A stretch of DNA of 64,000 nt from contig OZ245838.1 of NCBI GenBank assembly GCA_965228735.1, forward strand, positions 4,928,001-4,992,000, written 5' to 3'. The first letter of the stretch is position 1. The number at the start of each line of letters is the position of its first letter. Below, one piece after another: positions 9,989 through 19,816 of the stretch. The translations under genes were made by a program, and so were the position numbers. The notes below the pieces were generated by a model. That model saw nothing but the letters and a program-made list of their open reading frames with translations. It did not search any database and was not told where the DNA came from. This DNA is from Planctomycetota bacterium. Its GTDB lineage: Bacteria > Planctomycetota > UBA1135 > UBA2386.

Positions 9989-10176
9989 GCTCGGGTCGGC
10001 TGCCAAGGGTCGTTGCGGAGGCGGTTTCTGGGATTACGACGTGACAGGAGGCGTCGGAGTTGGTCTAGACGTCGGCCGGCGATCGGTTGCGAAAGTTGCT
10101 TCGGAAGGACCGGCCGGCGAGCATGAACCCGTCGCAGCCGGGGCGACCAGTGAACTCACCCCGGGCGGAATTCAGC

Positions 10177-10857
10177 ATGAGTCTCAAGATCATCGGCGGT
10201 GAATACGGCGGGCGGGCCCTGAAATCCGTTCGTGGCCTCGGTACCAGACCCCTGTTGGGGCAGGTGCGTGAGTCCCTGTTCAACATTATCGCCGAGAAGA
10301 TCGACGGCGCGCTGGTCTGGGACCTGTTCGCCGGCAGCGGCGCGACCGGGATCGAGGCCCTGAGCCGCGGCGCCGAGCGGGCCCTGTTCTGCGAGAAGAA
10401 CGGTCGGGCCATCGACGTCCTGCGGCAGAACCTGGCGGATCTCGGCGATGACGCCGTGGATCGCGCGGTCGTGATGCGCACGGATGCCTGGGACCCGCCG
10501 GTCATGCATCGGGCGGAGTTCGGTGCGAGTCGCGCGGACGCGGACCCGGACTCGGCGAGCGATGCCGAGGTCGCGCCGGACGTGATCTTCCTCGATCCGC
10601 CCTACGCGATGGTGGCCGAGGATCCGGTGAAGTCGATGGCGCGCGCGCGCCGGCTGCTCGAGCGGACGGCCGACGGCGGCGTCCTGGTGTTCCACTTCGA
10701 AGCCGGGGTCCTCGACGAGGACGACTTCGACGACGACCTCGAGGTCGACCTGCGGGAGTGGGGCACGACCGCGATCGCGTTCCTCTACCGCGCCGGGGAA
10801 GCACCCGCGCGCGTCGCGAAGAAGAAGGCCAAGGAGCGCGCGAAGTCGGCCGAGTAG
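10177..10857 (+). CDS. rsmD: RsmD family 16S rRNA m2G966 methyltransferase
   Basis: LKIIGGEYGGR, TRP...VRESLFNI, DLFAGSGATGIEALSRGA, FLDPPY. Confidence 0.9.
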   Translation: MSLKIIGGEYGGRALKSVRGLGTRPLLGQVRESLFNIIAEKIDGALVWDLFAGSGATGIEALSRGAERALFCEKNGRAIDVLRQNLADLGDDAVDRAVVMRTDAWDPPVMHRAEFGASRADADPDSASDAEVAPDVIFLDPPYAMVAEDPVKSMARARRLLERTADGGVLVFHFEAGVLDEDDFDDDLEVDLREWGTTAIAFLYRAGEAPARVAKKKAKERAKSAE

Positions 10858-10876
10858 GTCGGCCGACGGCACGCGA

Positions 10877-12010
10877 TCAGTAGCCGATCACGACCCGTAC
10901 CGCGTTGCTCACGCCCTGGAACGGCGGGTAGGCGTTCGGCAGCCAGTCGAACACGATCGCCTGCGTGTGGATCTCGAGTCCGGCGACGGCCGGGCTGCAC
11001 GTGTTCAGCGGCAGCGGCACGACGGTCTGCATCACGTCGGTCTTCTTCGTGAGCACCGCGAGGATGCGCGTCGCGTCGAGCGAGTGTTCGCAGCTGGCGC
11101 TGGGGAACGCCGGCACGACGTTCGGCTGCGCGGCCGGACGGGCGCCGGCGCTGTAGAACAGCACCATGTTCTCGCCGAAGAAGCCGGTCGTGTTCTCGAG
11201 CACGTAGCCGAAGTCGGCGTTGCCGAGCAACGGCAGCGACGTCGTGCGCAGCGTCGGCGTGCCGACGAGGTGATGACCCGGCACCGTGCAAGCGGGGCCG
11301 TAGGACTCGACCTCGAGGCCCGCGATGTTGGACGCCATCGGCGTCGGTGACGCGTCGAGGAACCACTCGTCGAGGCGGCGGGCGAGCGTGCCGACGGCAG
11401 CCGTGTTGCGAGCGAACGAATGGTTCGGCGGAATCTGCGGCCCGGTCGACCCGAGTTCCCAGACCCCGTTCTGGATCGCGAGGTGCTCGCGGATGAAGCC
11501 GGTCTCGCCCCAGCTGACCCAGTCCGTGATGTGTGACGCCGTGCCCATGTGCGCGCCGGTCTGCGAATCGATGAGCGCGAGCGCGCCGCTCCACGGGCGC
11601 AGCGCTTCGCCGCCGAGGCTGAACAGGTAGCCGTGGGGCGCCGTGCCCGTGTAGAGGCTGCCAGGTGGCGGATTCAGCGGTTCGTCCTGATACCAGAACA
11701 CGCGCACGTACTCGTCCGGCGCGAGCGTCGTTCCGCCGGGGAACGGCCACCAGTAGTTCTGCGGCATGCCGACCGTCTTGGTCTCGAGGTAGAGGCTCCA
11801 GTCGGACAGGTCCTGCGGCGCGGCAGAACGATTGTGGATCTCGACCCAGGTGGCCGTGGAATCGGCGCGGATCTCGCTGAGGATCACGTCCTGGGCGTTC
11901 GCCGCGCTCGTCAGCGTCGGCCCCATCAGGCCGATGCTGGCCGCGAACGAGGCTGACAGTCGAGCAATTCGGCAAGTCCCCGGGCGCGTCTTGCGTTCTG
12001 TGTGGATCAT
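10877..12010 (-). CDS. Secreted lamin-tail-domain protein with C-terminal beta domain (start uncertain)
   Basis: Signal ending ANA-QDV; VILSEI...WVEIHN...DLSDWSL LTD signature; PTPMASN. Confidence 0.8.
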   Translation of the reverse strand: MIHTERKTRPGTCRIARLSASFAASIGLMGPTLTSAANAQDVILSEIRADSTATWVEIHNRSAAPQDLSDWSLYLETKTVGMPQNYWWPFPGGTTLAPDEYVRVFWYQDEPLNPPPGSLYTGTAPHGYLFSLGGEALRPWSGALALIDSQTGAHMGTASHITDWVSWGETGFIREHLAIQNGVWELGSTGPQIPPNHSFARNTAAVGTLARRLDEWFLDASPTPMASNIAGLEVESYGPACTVPGHHLVGTPTLRTTSLPLLGNADFGYVLENTTGFFGENMVLFYSAGARPAAQPNVVPAFPSASCEHSLDATRILAVLTKKTDVMQTVVPLPLNTCSPAVAGLEIHTQAIVFDWLPNAYPPFQGVSNAVRVVIGY

Positions 12011-12275
12011 CGGCAGTTGGCTCTCGTGAGCGTCGTGTTCTGCAACGGTTCGGCGCTCGCTCGGGTGCCCCTTGAGGCGCGCGGGGACGGCCCCTTCGGA
12101 CCGTGCATTCCCGATCGGGTCGGGCCGGCCAGTGGGTTTGCCGGGGCTCGAGTCGCAGCCCGCCGGTATCGGACCGGGGCGTCTCGCGGAGGGCGGGTCA
12201 AGCGGCCACGGTCCGCTGGCCGATAGCTCGCACTGCGGCGTCATCGGGCGCCGCGACGCACCCGGGTCCGACAAC

Positions 12276-12452
12276 GTGACGAAACGCAAGTCCGAGTCGA
12301 TCGAGCAGATCGTGGAAGAGCTGATTGGCAGCGACCTCACGAAGGCGGAGCGCATCAAGCGTCTCCGCGCGCTCGCGCACTCCGACGAAGACGTTCCGGA
12401 CGAATTGATGGATCAGGCACTACGCAGATTGATGGAGCGGATCACGGATTGA
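12276..12452 (+). CDS. Small helical protein, weakly FlgM-like
   Basis: GTG start; high-GC3 codon pattern; ERIKRLRALAHSDEDVPDELMDQALRRLMERI. Confidence 0.55.
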   Translation: MTKRKSESIEQIVEELIGSDLTKAERIKRLRALAHSDEDVPDELMDQALRRLMERITD

Positions 12453-12498
12453 AGGCCGCCCCTTTGCACCCCGACAGCCACACAAACGAGTCAAGATC

Positions 12499-13305
12499 AT
12501 GAGAACCGCAACGCTCGCTACTGTTCTGCTCGGCGTCGCCGCTCTTCCGGCCCAGGACCGTGAGTTCGGTGCGCCGGTCAGCACGACGCTCGATCAGGTC
12601 CGCGCCGAACCGCACGCCTACAAGAACGTGAACGTCAAGTTCACGGTCCAGTACGCGTCGCTCGGACGCATCAGCAACCCGTTCTTCACGAAGTTCACGC
12701 CGTCGGACTTCGCCAACTTCTACGGCTGGGCCGACGAGCAGGCGATCTGGCAGGAGAACAGCTACGAAGACCTGTTCGGCATGCTGTTCCTGAGCAAGTT
12801 CAGCGATCAGCTCGAAGAGCTCTACCAGCTGGAGACCTACGATCGCATCCAGATTCACGGCGTCGTGCGCGCGACGTTCCAGGACATGCCGTGGATCGAG
12901 GTGCTCGCGTTCGAGAAGCTCGACAGCAAGCTCGACACGACCGTGCTCACGCACCTCTACCGCGGCGAGAAGCTGATGCAGCAGCGCCTGTGGCAGCGCG
13001 CGATCTCCGAGTTCTCGGTGGTCCCGGGCGACGACGTGCCGGCGAACGCGCAGATCGCGGCCTTCCAGGGCCTCGGCACCTGCCTGCTCCGCATCGGCGA
13101 GGCGCAGTCGGCCCTCGGCTACCTGCAGACGGCCAAGGACATGACCGACGGCCGCAACCGCCAGATCAACCGACTGCTCGCGATCGCGCAGGAGTCGCCG
13201 GAAGAGGCGATCGATCGCACCGTCGACTCCCGCGTCCTCAAGGACCACGAGCGCCCGATGTGGGAGGCGTTCGACGCGGGCGCCGGCGAAAGCGCCGGCA
13301 TGTAG
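12499..13305 (+). CDS. Exported protein with OB-fold-like N-domain and TPR-like C-terminus
   Basis: Signal peptide; LDQVRAEPHAYKNVNVKF; TPR-like GLGTCLLRIGEAQSALGYL. Confidence 0.75.
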   Translation: MRTATLATVLLGVAALPAQDREFGAPVSTTLDQVRAEPHAYKNVNVKFTVQYASLGRISNPFFTKFTPSDFANFYGWADEQAIWQENSYEDLFGMLFLSKFSDQLEELYQLETYDRIQIHGVVRATFQDMPWIEVLAFEKLDSKLDTTVLTHLYRGEKLMQQRLWQRAISEFSVVPGDDVPANAQIAAFQGLGTCLLRIGEAQSALGYLQTAKDMTDGRNRQINRLLAIAQESPEEAIDRTVDSRVLKDHERPMWEAFDAGAGESAGM

Positions 13306-13372
13306 CTGCCGGCAGACCGATCCCGGATTCTCCGGGGATGCGTCGGCTAGCGCGCGGCGGTTCAATGGGCGC

Positions 13373-15616
13373 ATGACGCCCGACCGCCGCTGCCTCGCCT
13401 ACCCGCTGCTCGCGCTGCTCTGCGCTCTGAGCACCGGGCTCCTCGCCGATCGCGCGGCCGCGCAGGACTCGACGTCCGCGCCGAGCTGGACCGAGCTCGC
13501 GCAACGCACCCCGCCCGCGTGGTTCGAGGATGCCAAGTTCGGCATCTTCATCCACTGGGGTGCCTACTCCGTGCCGTCGATCTGCGACACGAGCACCTAC
13601 AGCGAGTGGTATCAGCGCTGGCTCGACACCAACTCGCACGGCGGCCTCGTGAAGCAGTTCCACGAGCGGGTCTACGGCGCGGACTTCGAGTACCGGCAGT
13701 TCGCCGAGCAGTTCCGCGCGGAGCTGTTCGATCCCGCGGAGTGGGCCCGGATCTTCGAACGCGCGGGCGCGCGCTACATCGTCATCACGAGCAAGCATCA
13801 CGACGGCTTCTGCCTGTGGCCGAGCGCGGTCGCGAGCGAGGTCCGCGGCTATCCCTGGAACGCGCAGGAGACGGGGCCGAAGCGCGACCTGCTCGGGGAC
13901 CTCGCTGCCGCGGTGCGCGAGCGCGGCCTGAAGTTCGGCCTCTACTACTCGTTCATGGAGTGGCACAACCCGGTCTTCGATCGGTCCGTGCCCGAATACG
14001 TCGAGCGCGTGATGTTCCCGCAGGTGCAGGACCTCATCCGGCGCTACGAGCCCGCGATCTTCTGGCCCGACGGCGAGTGGAACCATCCGGACTCGACGTG
14101 GCGCGCGCGCGAGCTGCTCGACTGGCTCTACCGCAACGCCCCGAACCAGGACGAGTTCGTCGTGAACGATCGCTGGGGCAAGGGGCTGCGCGGGCGCGTT
14201 GGCGACTTCTACACGACGGAGTACGGCGACGGCGGTGGCGGCGGCGACAGCTACTCCGGAACGCGGCCGTTCGAGGAGTGCCGCGGCATCGGCCACTCGT
14301 TCGCCTACAACCGCATCGAGGACTACGACGTCTACCTGTCGCGCACGGCGGCGGTGCGCACGCTGATCGACATGGTCAGTCGCGGCGGCAACCTGCTGCT
14401 CGACATCGGGCCGAAGGCGGACGGCACGATCCCGCTGATCATGGTCGACCGGCTGTTCGCGATCGGCGATTGGCTGCAGGTCAATGGCGAGGCGATCCAC
14501 GGCACGATGAAGAGCCCGTTCCGTCAGACGCCGTGGGGGCGCGCGACGCAGAAGGGCAAGACGGTGTATCTGCACGTCTACGACTGGCCGCGGAGCGGGC
14601 AGCTCGTCGTGCCGCTGACCAACGAGCCGGTGAGCGCCCGCGTGCTCGGCGGCGACCCGGTGCCGGCGCGGCAGCAGGGCGGCCGCGGGCTCGTCATCGA
14701 TTTGTTCACGGCCGAGGAACGTGAGCACGCGACGGTGATCGCCGTCGAGCTCGACGGCGCACCGGTCGAGGACGAACGCTTCCGGCCCGATGGCGATGGC
14801 GTGATCACGCTGCCCGTGACGCTCGCCGAACTGAACGGGGACACGATCAAGCTCGAGAAGCGCGTCGACCGCAAGCTGAGCGCGACGCTGCAGAACGTCG
14901 GTTCCTGGAACGAGCCCGGGGAAGGCGTCGCGTGGCCGAACGTTGCGATCGACACGGAGCTCGCGCCGATGCTGATCGAGATCGAGTACGCGGTCGCGCC
15001 CGGCGCCGAGGGCGGCACCCTCGACTGGCAGCTCGGCCGTGACAAGGCTTCCTACGAGTTCGAGACCCACACGGGCGGCTGGCAGAACTACCGGCGGGCG
15101 GTCATCGGCGGCTACACCGAGCACCGCGGCTTGGGCCGGCTGCAGCTCACCTGCAAGAATGTGAAGGGTGCGGGGCTCTGCAACCTGCGGGCGGTGCGGT
15201 TGATCCCGGACCGGACGGGGACGATCCTCGCCTCGGCGATGGATGCGGCGGCGCACCGCGAGGTGGCGAGTCTGCTCCAGGGCATGAGCAAGGCGCTCGA
15301 GGAGGGCCGCCACGCCGACGTCGCGGCCGTCTACGCGGATCACGGCTGGCTCGCCGGGCCCGGCGGCTACCGCGTGACCGGGCGCGAGGCGATCGACGCC
15401 TACTGGGCCCGCCTCGGGCAGGCGAAGCGCTGGCAGCTCGACGTGCACTCGGCGGAGGGCAACGGTGGCATCGTGGTCCAACGTGGCCGGTCGGTCCTGA
15501 CCCGGGATCGCGACGGCCGCAGCCAGACGAGCGCGGTGGAGTTCGTGCTGACCTGGCAGCAGCAGGACGACGGCGCCTGGCGAATCCTCAGCGACGTCTA
15601 CTGGCGCGCGCGCTGA
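13373..15616 (+). CDS. Alpha-L-fucosidase (GH29) with CBM-like and C-terminal SnoaL/DUF4440-like domains
   Basis: PAWFEDAKFGIFIHWG, SKHHDGFCLW, WPDGEW, VVNDRW, VSRGGNLLLDIGP; C-terminal GREAIDAYW...DGAWRI. Confidence 0.93.
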   Translation: MTPDRRCLAYPLLALLCALSTGLLADRAAAQDSTSAPSWTELAQRTPPAWFEDAKFGIFIHWGAYSVPSICDTSTYSEWYQRWLDTNSHGGLVKQFHERVYGADFEYRQFAEQFRAELFDPAEWARIFERAGARYIVITSKHHDGFCLWPSAVASEVRGYPWNAQETGPKRDLLGDLAAAVRERGLKFGLYYSFMEWHNPVFDRSVPEYVERVMFPQVQDLIRRYEPAIFWPDGEWNHPDSTWRARELLDWLYRNAPNQDEFVVNDRWGKGLRGRVGDFYTTEYGDGGGGGDSYSGTRPFEECRGIGHSFAYNRIEDYDVYLSRTAAVRTLIDMVSRGGNLLLDIGPKADGTIPLIMVDRLFAIGDWLQVNGEAIHGTMKSPFRQTPWGRATQKGKTVYLHVYDWPRSGQLVVPLTNEPVSARVLGGDPVPARQQGGRGLVIDLFTAEEREHATVIAVELDGAPVEDERFRPDGDGVITLPVTLAELNGDTIKLEKRVDRKLSATLQNVGSWNEPGEGVAWPNVAIDTELAPMLIEIEYAVAPGAEGGTLDWQLGRDKASYEFETHTGGWQNYRRAVIGGYTEHRGLGRLQLTCKNVKGAGLCNLRAVRLIPDRTGTILASAMDAAAHREVASLLQGMSKALEEGRHADVAAVYADHGWLAGPGGYRVTGREAIDAYWARLGQAKRWQLDVHSAEGNGGIVVQRGRSVLTRDRDGRSQTSAVEFVLTWQQQDDGAWRILSDVYWRAR

Positions 15617-15658
15617 ACGTGAAAATCGGGCCCGATCCCGGCATTCTGCCAGGTCCCG

Positions 15659-16582
15659 ATGAGCACGACCGCCGCTATCCCCGCCGCTGAGCCCGCTTCG
15701 GACCGGGGTCCGTTCCGGCTGGCCCTGGGGGTCGTGATCTTCATCATCCCCGTGATCCTCATGGGGGCGATGACGACGAGCACGGGCTCGGGCATGGCGT
15801 TCGCCGACTGGCCGCTGTCCGACGGCGAGTTCATGCCGGAACGGTCCTACACGACCGTGCCCGGCTTCCTCGAGCACTTCCATCGGGTCGTCGCCGGCAT
15901 GGCCGGCCTCTTCGCGCTCGCGCTCGCGATCTGGCTGCAGGTCGGCCGGCGCGGCTCCGCGGGGGCGCGGCTCACCGCGTGGCTCGGCGGCACGCTGATC
16001 GCCGTGCAGGGCGTGATCGGCGGGACGGGTGTCCTCAACAACCTGCCGGTCTGGTCGTCGGTGACGCACGGCGCGCTGGCGCAGATCATCCTGGCAACCT
16101 TCGCGTGGCTGGCCTACCAGCTGTCGGATCGCTATCGCCGGACCGAGCCCGTGACGAGCGTGCCGCCCGGCACGGGTCGCACCATCGCGACGGTCGCGGT
16201 CGTCATGCTGATCCTGCAGACCCTGATTGGCGGCATCGCCCGTCACGCCAACAGCGCGCACGCGCTCTGGACCCACGCGGGCAACGCGCTCGTGGTGTTC
16301 CTCGTCGTCGTGATCGCGACCGGCTACGCCGCGGCCAAGCTCGAGAAGGTGCCGGGACTGCCCGGCATCGCGCGCTGGCTCGCGTCGCTGCTGATCCTGC
16401 AGATCGTGCTCGGCTTCATCGCGCTGCTCGTGCGCAACAGCGCCGGCAAGACCCCCGAGAACGTGGCCAATCTCGGCACCGCGTCGCTGATCACCGCGCA
16501 CGTGCTGCTCGGCGCGCTGCTCACCGTGTTCGCGACGACGCTCTGCGCCCACGTGTTCCGCGGCAGCCGGCGGCCCGCGTGA
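15659..16582 (+). CDS. ctaA: Heme A synthase (COX15/CtaA family)
   Basis: GAMTTSTGSGMAFADWPLSDG, EHFHR, conserved His in TM helices; adjacent to ctaB. Confidence 0.85.
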   Translation: MSTTAAIPAAEPASDRGPFRLALGVVIFIIPVILMGAMTTSTGSGMAFADWPLSDGEFMPERSYTTVPGFLEHFHRVVAGMAGLFALALAIWLQVGRRGSAGARLTAWLGGTLIAVQGVIGGTGVLNNLPVWSSVTHGALAQIILATFAWLAYQLSDRYRRTEPVTSVPPGTGRTIATVAVVMLILQTLIGGIARHANSAHALWTHAGNALVVFLVVVIATGYAAAKLEKVPGLPGIARWLASLLILQIVLGFIALLVRNSAGKTPENVANLGTASLITAHVLLGALLTVFATTLCAHVFRGSRRPA

Positions 16583-16595
16583 GGCGGCTGCCGTC

Positions 16596-17525
16596 ATGAC
16601 TGCGGCAGCCATCAGCCGAGCCGGCAAGCTCGGGGCCTACTGGGAGCTGTCCAAGCCGCGGCTCTCGGCGCTCGCGGTGTTCGCCGTCGTCGCCGGCATC
16701 TACATGGCGTGGCCGGCGCGCACCAGGCACCCGCCGATCGATCTGCTCGTGATGACGACGCTCGGCACGTTCTGCGCGGCGGCCGGCGCGGCGGCGCTCA
16801 ACATGTTCCTCGAGCGCGATCTCGACCCGCTGATGAAGCGCACCGAGGGCCGGCCGCTCCCGACGGGCCGGTTGTCGCCGCGCGAGGTGCTGATCTTCGG
16901 CATCGTCGCGTCGCTGCTCGGCGTCGGGCTCGTGCTGTTCGGGGCCGCGCCGCTCATGCCGGACGGCTCGCGCCAGCTCGGCACGCTCAACTGGGTGGCG
17001 GCCGGGCTCTGCGCCGCGATCGTCGTGAGCTACGTCGTGATCTACACGCCGATGAAGGTGCGCACGCCGCTCAACACGCTCGTCGGCGCGATCCCGGGCG
17101 CGCTTCCGCCCGTCGTGGGGCACGCGGCGATCGTGGGCAAGCTCGCGATGCCGCAGCTCGTCCTGTTCATGATCCTGTTCTGCTGGCAGATCCCGCACTT
17201 CCTCGCGATCGCGTGGCGCTATCGCGACGACTACGCGCGGGCCGGGATGCAGATGCTGCCGGTCGTCGACAAGACGGGCGTGCGCACCGGGATCACGATG
17301 CTGATCTACGTCGGTGGTCTGGGCATCGCGAGCCTCATCCCGTTCTTCACGGGGATCGCGGGCGAACGCTATGCGTTGATCGCGATCTTCCTCGATATCC
17401 TCTTCTTCGTGCCGACGGCGCACGCGGCGCTGACGCGCAAGGCCGTGGCGATGCGCATGACGTTCATCATGTCGATCATCTATCTGCCGCTGCTCTTCAT
17501 CGCGATGGTGTGGGATCGTCTGTGA
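16596..17525 (+). CDS. ctaB: Protoheme IX farnesyltransferase (heme O synthase)
   Basis: LSKPR, N...ERDLDPLMKRTEGRPLPTGR, YTPMK, GAIPGALPP, WQIPHFLAI. Confidence 0.95.
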   Translation: MTAAAISRAGKLGAYWELSKPRLSALAVFAVVAGIYMAWPARTRHPPIDLLVMTTLGTFCAAAGAAALNMFLERDLDPLMKRTEGRPLPTGRLSPREVLIFGIVASLLGVGLVLFGAAPLMPDGSRQLGTLNWVAAGLCAAIVVSYVVIYTPMKVRTPLNTLVGAIPGALPPVVGHAAIVGKLAMPQLVLFMILFCWQIPHFLAIAWRYRDDYARAGMQMLPVVDKTGVRTGITMLIYVGGLGIASLIPFFTGIAGERYALIAIFLDILFFVPTAHAALTRKAVAMRMTFIMSIIYLPLLFIAMVWDRL

Positions 17526-18499
17526 GCGCTGCCGCGACCGCTGCCGAGCCGGCGATCCGGGCCACCGGCGTGTCGTTCCGCTACGGTGACCGCGAGGCGC
17601 TGCAGGGCGTCGACTTCACGGTCGAACGGGGCAAGGCCTACGGCTTCCTCGGGCCCAACGGCTCGGGCAAGTCGACGCTCTTCCGGCTGCTGTCGACCCT
17701 CGTTGCGCCGCAGACCGGCGAGATCGCGGTGCTCGGGCTCGATCTGCGCAGTTCGGCGGCCGCGATCCGCGAGCGCATCGGGGTCGTCTTCCAGTCGCCG
17801 GCCGTCGACCAGAAGCTGACCGTCCGCGAGAACCTGCGCTACGCCGGCGCGCTGCTCGGCCTGCACGGCAGCGAGCTCGGCTCCCGCATCGACGAGGCGC
17901 TCGCGGCGACGAACCTCACGGATCGCACGAAGGACCGCGTGGGCGAACTGTCCGGCGGCCTGCGGCGCCGCGTCGAGATCGGCAAGTGCCTGCTCGGGCG
18001 GCCCGAACTCGTGCTGCTCGACGAAGCGAGCACCGGGCTCGACCCCGTCGCGCGCGGCGAGATGTGGAGCGTGTTGCGGCAGCAGGATGGCCTGACGGTG
18101 CTGTTCACGACGCACCTCATGGACGAAGCGGCCGAGGCCGATCACCTGACGCTGCTCGACGAAGGCCGCATCATCGCGGCGGGCTCGCCGCAGGAGCTCG
18201 TGCGCGAGGTCGGCGGGCAGGTGCTCGAGATCGAGGGCAGCGAGCTCATCGCGGTGCGCGACGCGATGGCCGGGCGCGCGGACGGTGATGTCACGATCGT
18301 GGACAACGTGCTGCGCATCGAAAGCGGCGAGGTCCACAAGCTCGTGCCCGACGTCATGCAGCAGTTCGGCGATTCGATCCAGCGGCTGCAGCTGTCGCAC
18401 CCGTCGTTGCACGACGTGTTCCTGCACAAGACCGGCAAGCGGTTCGTCGTGACCGAGTCGGAAGAGCCGAAGAAGAAGCGCGGGAGGCGACGGCGATGA
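17522..18499 (+). CDS. ABC transporter ATP-binding protein
   Basis: Walker A GPNGSGKST, LSGGLRRR, LLDEASTGLD, TTH; GTG start overlaps the ctaB stop. Confidence 0.93.
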   Translation: MSAAATAAEPAIRATGVSFRYGDREALQGVDFTVERGKAYGFLGPNGSGKSTLFRLLSTLVAPQTGEIAVLGLDLRSSAAAIRERIGVVFQSPAVDQKLTVRENLRYAGALLGLHGSELGSRIDEALAATNLTDRTKDRVGELSGGLRRRVEIGKCLLGRPELVLLDEASTGLDPVARGEMWSVLRQQDGLTVLFTTHLMDEAAEADHLTLLDEGRIIAAGSPQELVREVGGQVLEIEGSELIAVRDAMAGRADGDVTIVDNVLRIESGEVHKLVPDVMQQFGDSIQRLQLSHPSLHDVFLHKTGKRFVVTESEEPKKKRGRRRR

Positions 18500-19257
18500 T
18501 GCGCGCAACGCTTGCGCTGTGGCACCGCGAGATCGTGCGCTTCCTGCGCGATCGTTCGCGGCTCTCGGGTTCGCTGCTGCAGCCCGTGATCTTCTGGGCG
18601 CTGTTCAGCGGCGCGCTGCACGGTTCCTTCAAGCCGGGGGGCGTCGACTACGGCCAGTACTTCTTCGTCGGCACGCTCGCGATGATCACGCTGTTCACCG
18701 CGATCTTCTCGACGGTCACCGTGATCGAGGACCGCAAAGAGGGCTTCCTGCAGGGCGTGCTCGTCGCGCCCGTGCCGCGCTCGGCGATCGCGCTCGGCAA
18801 GATCCTCGGCGGCGCGACGCTGGGGCTGGGTCTCGCGGTCGTCTTCCTGGCACTCGCGCCGCTCGCGGGCGTTTCGCTGAGCGTGGCGACCGTCGTGCCG
18901 CTGCTCGGAATCCTCGCGCTGCTCGCCATCGCCGTGACCGGCATGGGGTTCGCGCTCGCCTGGGTCATGGACAGCACGGCCGGTTACCACGGCATCATGA
19001 TGGTCGTGTTCATGCCGATGCTGCTGCTGTCGGGCGCGTTCTTCCCGATGGAGCAGGCCCACGTGGCGATGAGCTGGGTGCGGTTCGTCAACCCGATGAC
19101 CTACGGTGTCGGCGCGCTGCGCCACGTCGCGCAGGGTGAGGTCGCGGGCCTGCCTTCGCTCACCGTCTGCCTCGCGGGGACCGTGGTGTTCGCCGTTCTC
19201 ATGTTCGCGCTCGGCACGTGGATCGTGACCCGCCGGAGCGTCCGCAACGCCGCGTAG
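18496..19257 (+). CDS. ABC-2 type transporter permease
   Basis: REIVRFLR, IEDRKEGFLQGVLVAP, LSGAFFP, NPMTYGV. Confidence 0.92.
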   Translation: MMRATLALWHREIVRFLRDRSRLSGSLLQPVIFWALFSGALHGSFKPGGVDYGQYFFVGTLAMITLFTAIFSTVTVIEDRKEGFLQGVLVAPVPRSAIALGKILGGATLGLGLAVVFLALAPLAGVSLSVATVVPLLGILALLAIAVTGMGFALAWVMDSTAGYHGIMMVVFMPMLLLSGAFFPMEQAHVAMSWVRFVNPMTYGVGALRHVAQGEVAGLPSLTVCLAGTVVFAVLMFALGTWIVTRRSVRNAA

Positions 19258-19268
19258 GCCCGACCCAC

Positions 19269-19682
19269 ATGCTCGCCAACTTCGACTTCCGGATCCTCGC
19301 GCACGTCGACGCCGCGCTGAACGGCCTCGCGCTCGTGCTCATCGTCGCGGGCCTGATCGCCGTGAAGGCGGGCAGGATCGAGCTGCACAAGAAGCTGATG
19401 CTCGCGGCCGTCGGCGCGTCGGCCGCGTTCCTCGTCTGCTACCTGATCTACCACTTCAACGCGGAGGCGGTGAAGTACGAGGGCGAGTACGGCGTCGTCT
19501 ACTTCCCGCTGCTGATCTCGCACATCGTGCTCGCCGCGGTGCAGGTCCCGCTGATCCTCGTCACCGTGTGGCTCGGCCTGAAGGATCGCCGAGAACGCCA
19601 CAAGAAGTGGGCGAAGGTCACGGCGCCGATCTGGCTCTACGTCTCCATCACCGGCGTCATCGTCTACCTGATGCTCTACTGA
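19269..19682 (+). CDS. DUF420 family membrane protein (cytochrome oxidase cluster-associated)
   Basis: HKKLM, FLVCYLIYH, LISHIVLA, HKKWAK..PIWLYVSITGVIVY. Confidence 0.9.
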   Translation: MLANFDFRILAHVDAALNGLALVLIVAGLIAVKAGRIELHKKLMLAAVGASAAFLVCYLIYHFNAEAVKYEGEYGVVYFPLLISHIVLAAVQVPLILVTVWLGLKDRRERHKKWAKVTAPIWLYVSITGVIVYLMLY

Positions 19683-19696
19683 TGCCAGTACCGTGA

Positions 19697-19811
19697 TGGC
19701 GCTACCGAACCCGTTTCGATTCCGCCACCTCCCGGTACACAGCACCGCCATCGACACCACGCGTTGCCACGCGGCGCCGATGGCGGATTCGTAACGGGTT
19801 CGGTACCGCCA
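19697..19811. repeat. Paired 31-bp inverted-repeat element, copy A (115 bp)
   Basis: tggcgctaccgaacccgtttcgattccgcca (19697-19727), 53-bp spacer, inverted arm 19781-19811. Confidence 0.92.
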
Positions 19812-19816
19812 GCGCG

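Noticed and set aside
10083..10100. GGTTGCGAAAGTTGCT as a sigma-54 promoter before rsmD
   Set aside because: GG-to-GC spacing is 11 rather than the required 10.
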